Shown here: positions 61,279 to 64,000 of the stretch, piece by piece
How positions within the stretch are numbered: position 1 is the stretch's first letter
Layout: the number at the start of each line of letters is the position of its first letter
Assembly (NCBI GenBank): GCA_963668425.1
Contig: OY764332.1
Location: forward strand, 595,896 to 659,895
Source of the DNA: Minisyncoccota bacterium
GTDB taxonomy: Bacteria; Patescibacteriota; Minisyncoccia; Phycocordibacterales; JABAAK01
Direction of reading: 5' to 3'
DNA length: 64,000 nt
The notes under the pieces: generated by a model
Told to the model about the DNA's origin: nothing
The model's input: the letters and a program-made list of their open reading frames with translations, nothing else
Database searches by the model: none
Translations under genes and position numbers: made by a program

Positions 61279-61380
61279 ATAAGGTCACCAATCAGCCAGC
61301 AGATACCGTATTTCATGCCTCTGTATTTATCTCTGATTTTAGAAATTTAGGCATTTCTCTGGTGGTACACTATAAACATC

Positions 61381-61454
61381 GGGCGATTAGCTCAGTTGGC
61401 TAGAGCGCTCCCTTGACGTGGGAGAGGTCACAGGTTCAAGTCCTGTATCGCCCA
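61381..61454 (+). tRNA. tRNA-Val (anticodon GAC)
   Basis: Acceptor GGGCGAT/ATCGCCC, D-arm GCTCAGTTGGCTAGAGC, anticodon stem CTCCC/GGGAG loop TTGACGT, T-arm GGTTCAAGTCC. Confidence 0.8.
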
Positions 61455-61710
61455 CCTAAAAACAGCATATTTGCTGGTGTTTGTGAGGTATCTATTTTGG
61501 CATATGTATCCTTGAGATGACTTGTCTATTGCCAAAATATCCTTATTTATAGGGCTTTTCTAAAGATATTGCCATAGGTAGCATATTATAATATATAGTT
61601 GACATTTTGACAAAAATATGTAATAATAAGTGTAGATTATACAAGGAATTACCTTGTAAACTACTCTTTTAATTACTTACTATATTACATTAATAAAAAT
61701 AACTAATATT

Positions 61711-62484
61711 ATGAATTACACAAAAAAAATAATTACTAGCGTGTTAATAGTTGTAATTGCTGTATTACTAGCAGTAGCAACCATTCACACATCAAGTGCT
61801 TACGCACAGGATGGAGAATGTACTTTCTATGTCTCTTCTATAGAGCGTGACGGTTCAAAAATTTCTCTACATCCTTCAACTTGTACTGCTGCGGATGAGC
61901 AACTTTTGCCAAATTCTGTTTCTCTGCGTTACAAAATCAATTTGTACGCTGCTGTTGATACAGTAAACTATGACTCACTAGAAATAATGGGTTCAGAAGA
62001 GAGAGTAGTACAAATGGAAAAAGTAGTAACAGATTCCGATCTTGGAATTTATCATTATGAAGCAACAACCCCTACGATTGATAACAGTTACTGGGCAACA
62101 AGTTTTGTTGAGGGAAGCGTATATGTTCTTGCTACTACTCTTGTTAATAACGTTCAAGGGTCTACAGCAATGCTTTTGGATTGTGATACGAGCGAATGTG
62201 AGCTTTATGTAAAGTATGTTGAGTCCTATACTCACACCTCTACTGGCACCACTGTTGTTGACACCCCTACTGTTGTTGTTGATACTCCTGTTGTTGATAC
62301 TCCTGTTGTTGATACTCCTGTCGCTGACACCGCTGATACTGAGGTCAAGAGAAACAAGAGAGCAAGTCAAGGATCTGGTGCGATACGCCCTGGTTACCTT
62401 ACCTGCCGTGTTGCAGGCCGAAAGAACTGTGGATCAGTAAATACAGATGTATGGCAAACAATCGGACTATACATAGGAATGTAA
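61711..62484 (+). CDS. Secreted tandem-repeat protein, paralog of 20314-21120
   Basis: 257 aa; signal peptide …SSAYA-Q; 15-bp tandem repeats at about 62250-62330 (TPVVD units); shared C-terminal 'GAIRPGYLTC…RKNCGSVNTD'. Confidence 0.5.
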   Translation: MNYTKKIITSVLIVVIAVLLAVATIHTSSAYAQDGECTFYVSSIERDGSKISLHPSTCTAADEQLLPNSVSLRYKINLYAAVDTVNYDSLEIMGSEERVVQMEKVVTDSDLGIYHYEATTPTIDNSYWATSFVEGSVYVLATTLVNNVQGSTAMLLDCDTSECELYVKYVESYTHTSTGTTVVDTPTVVVDTPVVDTPVVDTPVADTADTEVKRNKRASQGSGAIRPGYLTCRVAGRKNCGSVNTDVWQTIGLYIGM

Positions 62485-62537
62485 ATCGTAGAAAGATAGT
62501 TTCTATTACATCATTGAGATAGAGCCGAAGAAATAAA

Positions 62538-62574
62538 CACACCCCGCTGTTTTTAAACAGCGGGGTGTGTTTTG
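62538..62574. terminator. Bidirectional terminator, identical to the one at 20230-20262
   Basis: ACACCCCGCTG-ttttaaa-CAGCGGGGTGTG + TTTTG. Confidence 0.7.
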
Positions 62575-62691
62575 TATGAAAGTAAGGTACATCTCTATGC
62601 TTATCTAATTTCCAAAATAATGTCATAGTTCACTCAAATCACCCCTATATACATTTTATTACGAGAAATGTTTGTTCAATTTTGTGCTGTG

Positions 62692-62769
62692 TGGCGCAGC
62701 GGACGGGAGTTGAACCCGCGACCTCTCGCGTGACAGGCGAGCGCTCTAACCAAGCTGAGCTACCGCTGC
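62692..62769 (-). tRNA. tRNA-Asp (anticodon GUC), CCA encoded
   Basis: Reverse complement: acceptor GCAGCGG/CCGCTGC, anticodon stem CTCGC/GCGAG loop CTGTCAC, T-arm GGTTCAACTCC, 3' GCCA. Confidence 0.75.
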
Positions 62770-62798
62770 AATGTAGATAGTGTAGCATGGGCGGATGA

Positions 62799-63647
62799 TT
62801 ATACAAAAAACATGTATTGCACCGTATACATCACATCAATAAATGATATGCCCGTAAAGAGTACTAGGAAATATGCCACTGCCATACAGGGGATGAGGGG
62901 TATTTGCATACCTTTTTGTACCGTTACCTTGCCTTTTGTTGCCAGTTGATACAGTATGTAGCCAAGCAACACTACTAAGCCAACCCAAAACGAGAGCATA
63001 AATACAGAAACTGCACTTATGAGTGATGGTAACAGGAAGCCGAGTGATATGGCAACTTTTGCATCACCTAACCCTATTGCTCTCCCCGATGAAAAGAGCC
63101 AGAGTAAGAAGAATGGCAATGCTAATATTACTCCGCTTAATACCGCTCCTATCCCGCCGGTTACTATGCCAACGATGAGAGCTGCATATGCAAATACCAG
63201 TGATAAATGTTCCGGCACCTCCATTGTTTCAATGTCTTGCAGTACAATCGGAACTAAAAATATCGCAGAAAGCAGTGCGACACCGGCAATATATGCTGAA
63301 CCACCCATCAGAGCATACAAAAAAGCGATAACGAATAGCAACCCCATCACAATCTCAGATGCAAGGTGATATATCGGAATGGATTTTTTACAGGCGTAAC
63401 ATCTGCCCCACAGTATCACATATGAGACAATCGGTAGTAATTCGTACCAGCAGAGTTCTTTTTTACAGCTTTGGCATTTTGATCGTCCACGTACCACTTT
63501 TTTCCAGGATGCTCGGACTCTTGAGACATCCATGAAGCTTCCTATACATGCTCCAAATAGAAATACTAACCCTGAAAAACAAGTGAGAAATAGTATGTAG
63601 TAATGAGCAAATTGCATATTTGAAGTGTACCATTGTAAAATTAGCAT
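62799..63647 (-). CDS. pilD: Prepilin peptidase PilD (A24 family) with N-terminal Zn-ribbon
   Basis: CxxC…CxxC N-terminal (CQSCKK…CYACKK), catalytic Asp regions 'DIETMEVP' and 'GLGDAKV', polytopic. Confidence 0.75.
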   Translation of the reverse strand: MLILQWYTSNMQFAHYYILFLTCFSGLVFLFGACIGSFMDVSRVRASWKKVVRGRSKCQSCKKELCWYELLPIVSYVILWGRCYACKKSIPIYHLASEIVMGLLFVIAFLYALMGGSAYIAGVALLSAIFLVPIVLQDIETMEVPEHLSLVFAYAALIVGIVTGGIGAVLSGVILALPFFLLWLFSSGRAIGLGDAKVAISLGFLLPSLISAVSVFMLSFWVGLVVLLGYILYQLATKGKVTVQKGMQIPLIPCMAVAYFLVLFTGISFIDVMYTVQYMFFV

Positions 63648-63721
63648 ATACTTTGTGGTGTGTATTTTTTGTTTTTCTGATATACTATAGGTAGATTGTT
63701 ATCATTATTTTGGAGGTGGAA

Positions 63722-64000
63722 AATGGGAGTTGTAATTAGTGGTGCCAGAAATGAGGAGAAAATAATTTTCTCTTGTGATCATGGGCAGTGCTCCAGAAGG
63801 ACAATGAGAAAGGTGTGTTTTCATTGGTATGATAGGCGGACCGGGGAAACGTATAGAAAAGTTCGTCGCTTGAGGAGGCCACTTGCTTATTGGGCAAAGG
63901 TTTTGCGTAAACCCAGGAGAAGAAACATGACAGCGTTTTTTCTTTGTGGGCGTGAAATTGAGTGGCCGGAAAAGATTGAAGTGTTTTGTAAGGAGCATTA
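63722..64000 (+). CDS. Cys/His-rich small protein, 3'-partial (runs off window end)
   Basis: Strong SD GGAGGTG 6 nt upstream of ATG; MGVVISGARNEEKIIFSCDHGQCSRR…FLCGREIEWPEKIEVFCKEH; preferred over antisense ORF 63705-63998. Confidence 0.3.

Larger units (their letters stand above)
53992..61298. mobile_element. Integrated defence island at tRNA-Glu 3' end, bounded by 19-bp direct repeats and about 77-bp terminal inverted repeats; no recombinase gene
   Basis: DR1 TAGGGTCACCAATCAGCCA (53992-54010, tRNA 3' end) and DR2 TAAGGTCACCAATCAGCCA (61280-61298); TIR-L 54116-54192 and TIR-R 61201-61278 about 90% identical in inverse orientation; cargo all on minus strand. Confidence 0.6.

Noticed and set aside
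63705-63998. Minus-strand 97-aa ORF at window end
   Set aside because: It has a low-complexity, non-protein-like sequence. The opposite strand carries a better candidate (63722->64000) with a strong GGAGGTG SD.

Overview
The window is an AT-rich bacterial chromosomal segment. I did not compute GC content, but it looks like roughly 40% by eye. The gene complement points to a small-genome, Patescibacteria/CPR-like organism: an archaeal/eukaryal-type alpha2 GlyRS, N-terminally short RF1 and RF2, many type IV pilus genes (pilB, pilC, pilT, pilD, pilins, PilN/O-like), SecDF, FtsW, MurE, a Fem-like transferase and no biosynthetic operons. Standard code 11 is supported because prfB is intact and TGA is used as a stop codon.

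Housekeeping genes I recognise: pyk, nth, truB, tyrS, obg, rpmE, prfA, ligA, prfB, uppP, greA, glyQS, rplU, secD, secF, ftsW, uvrB, arfB, iscS-like, hdc-like, and an FKBP PPIase. There are five tRNAs: Gln(CUG), Leu(GAG), Glu(CUC), Val(GAC) and Asp(GUC).

The most interesting region is a ~7.3 kb island (about 54.0-61.3 kb) inserted after the 3' end of tRNA-Glu.
- It is bounded by a 19-bp direct repeat of the tRNA 3' end.
- Just inside the direct repeats lie ~77-bp imperfect terminal inverted repeats, about 90% identical.
- It contains no recombinase.
- It carries two defence modules on one strand. The first is a methylase-REase-methylase (M-R-M) restriction-modification operon: an alpha-class and a beta-class DPPY methyltransferase flank a 610-aa putative REase. 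The second is a Gabija-like pair: GajA-like (OLD-family ABC ATPase plus Toprim) and a short GajB-like UvrD/SF1 helicase, headed by an unannotated 59-aa two-TM ORF.

A second accessory patch (11.87-14.91 kb) sits at tRNA-Leu(GAG).
- A type II R-M cassette (beta-class methyltransferase plus a translationally coupled 253-aa ORF) is flanked by 109-bp direct repeats.
- Each repeat contains a 19-bp-stem hairpin, and the hairpin differs between copies by compensatory base changes.
- Two 350-bp tandem units follow, each carrying a pseudo-tRNA-Leu 3' half.
- A GC-richer structured non-coding stretch lies between the cassette and the tandem units.

Other points worth a second look:
- A ParB/DUF262-like nuclease plus Dam-family methyltransferase pair wedged between ligA and prfB.
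- An ATP-cone/Mrr-like REase-fold protein next to a Cas4-like Fe-S nuclease.
- Two paralogous secreted tandem-repeat proteins whose stop-codon regions and terminators are 100% identical over about 95 bp.
- A G14 homopolymer in a divergent promoter region.
- A short promoter-to-terminator transcript candidate whose -35 element sits inside a perfect palindrome.
- A greA-derived fragment embedded in an unrelated ORF.

I found no CRISPR arrays and no rRNA.
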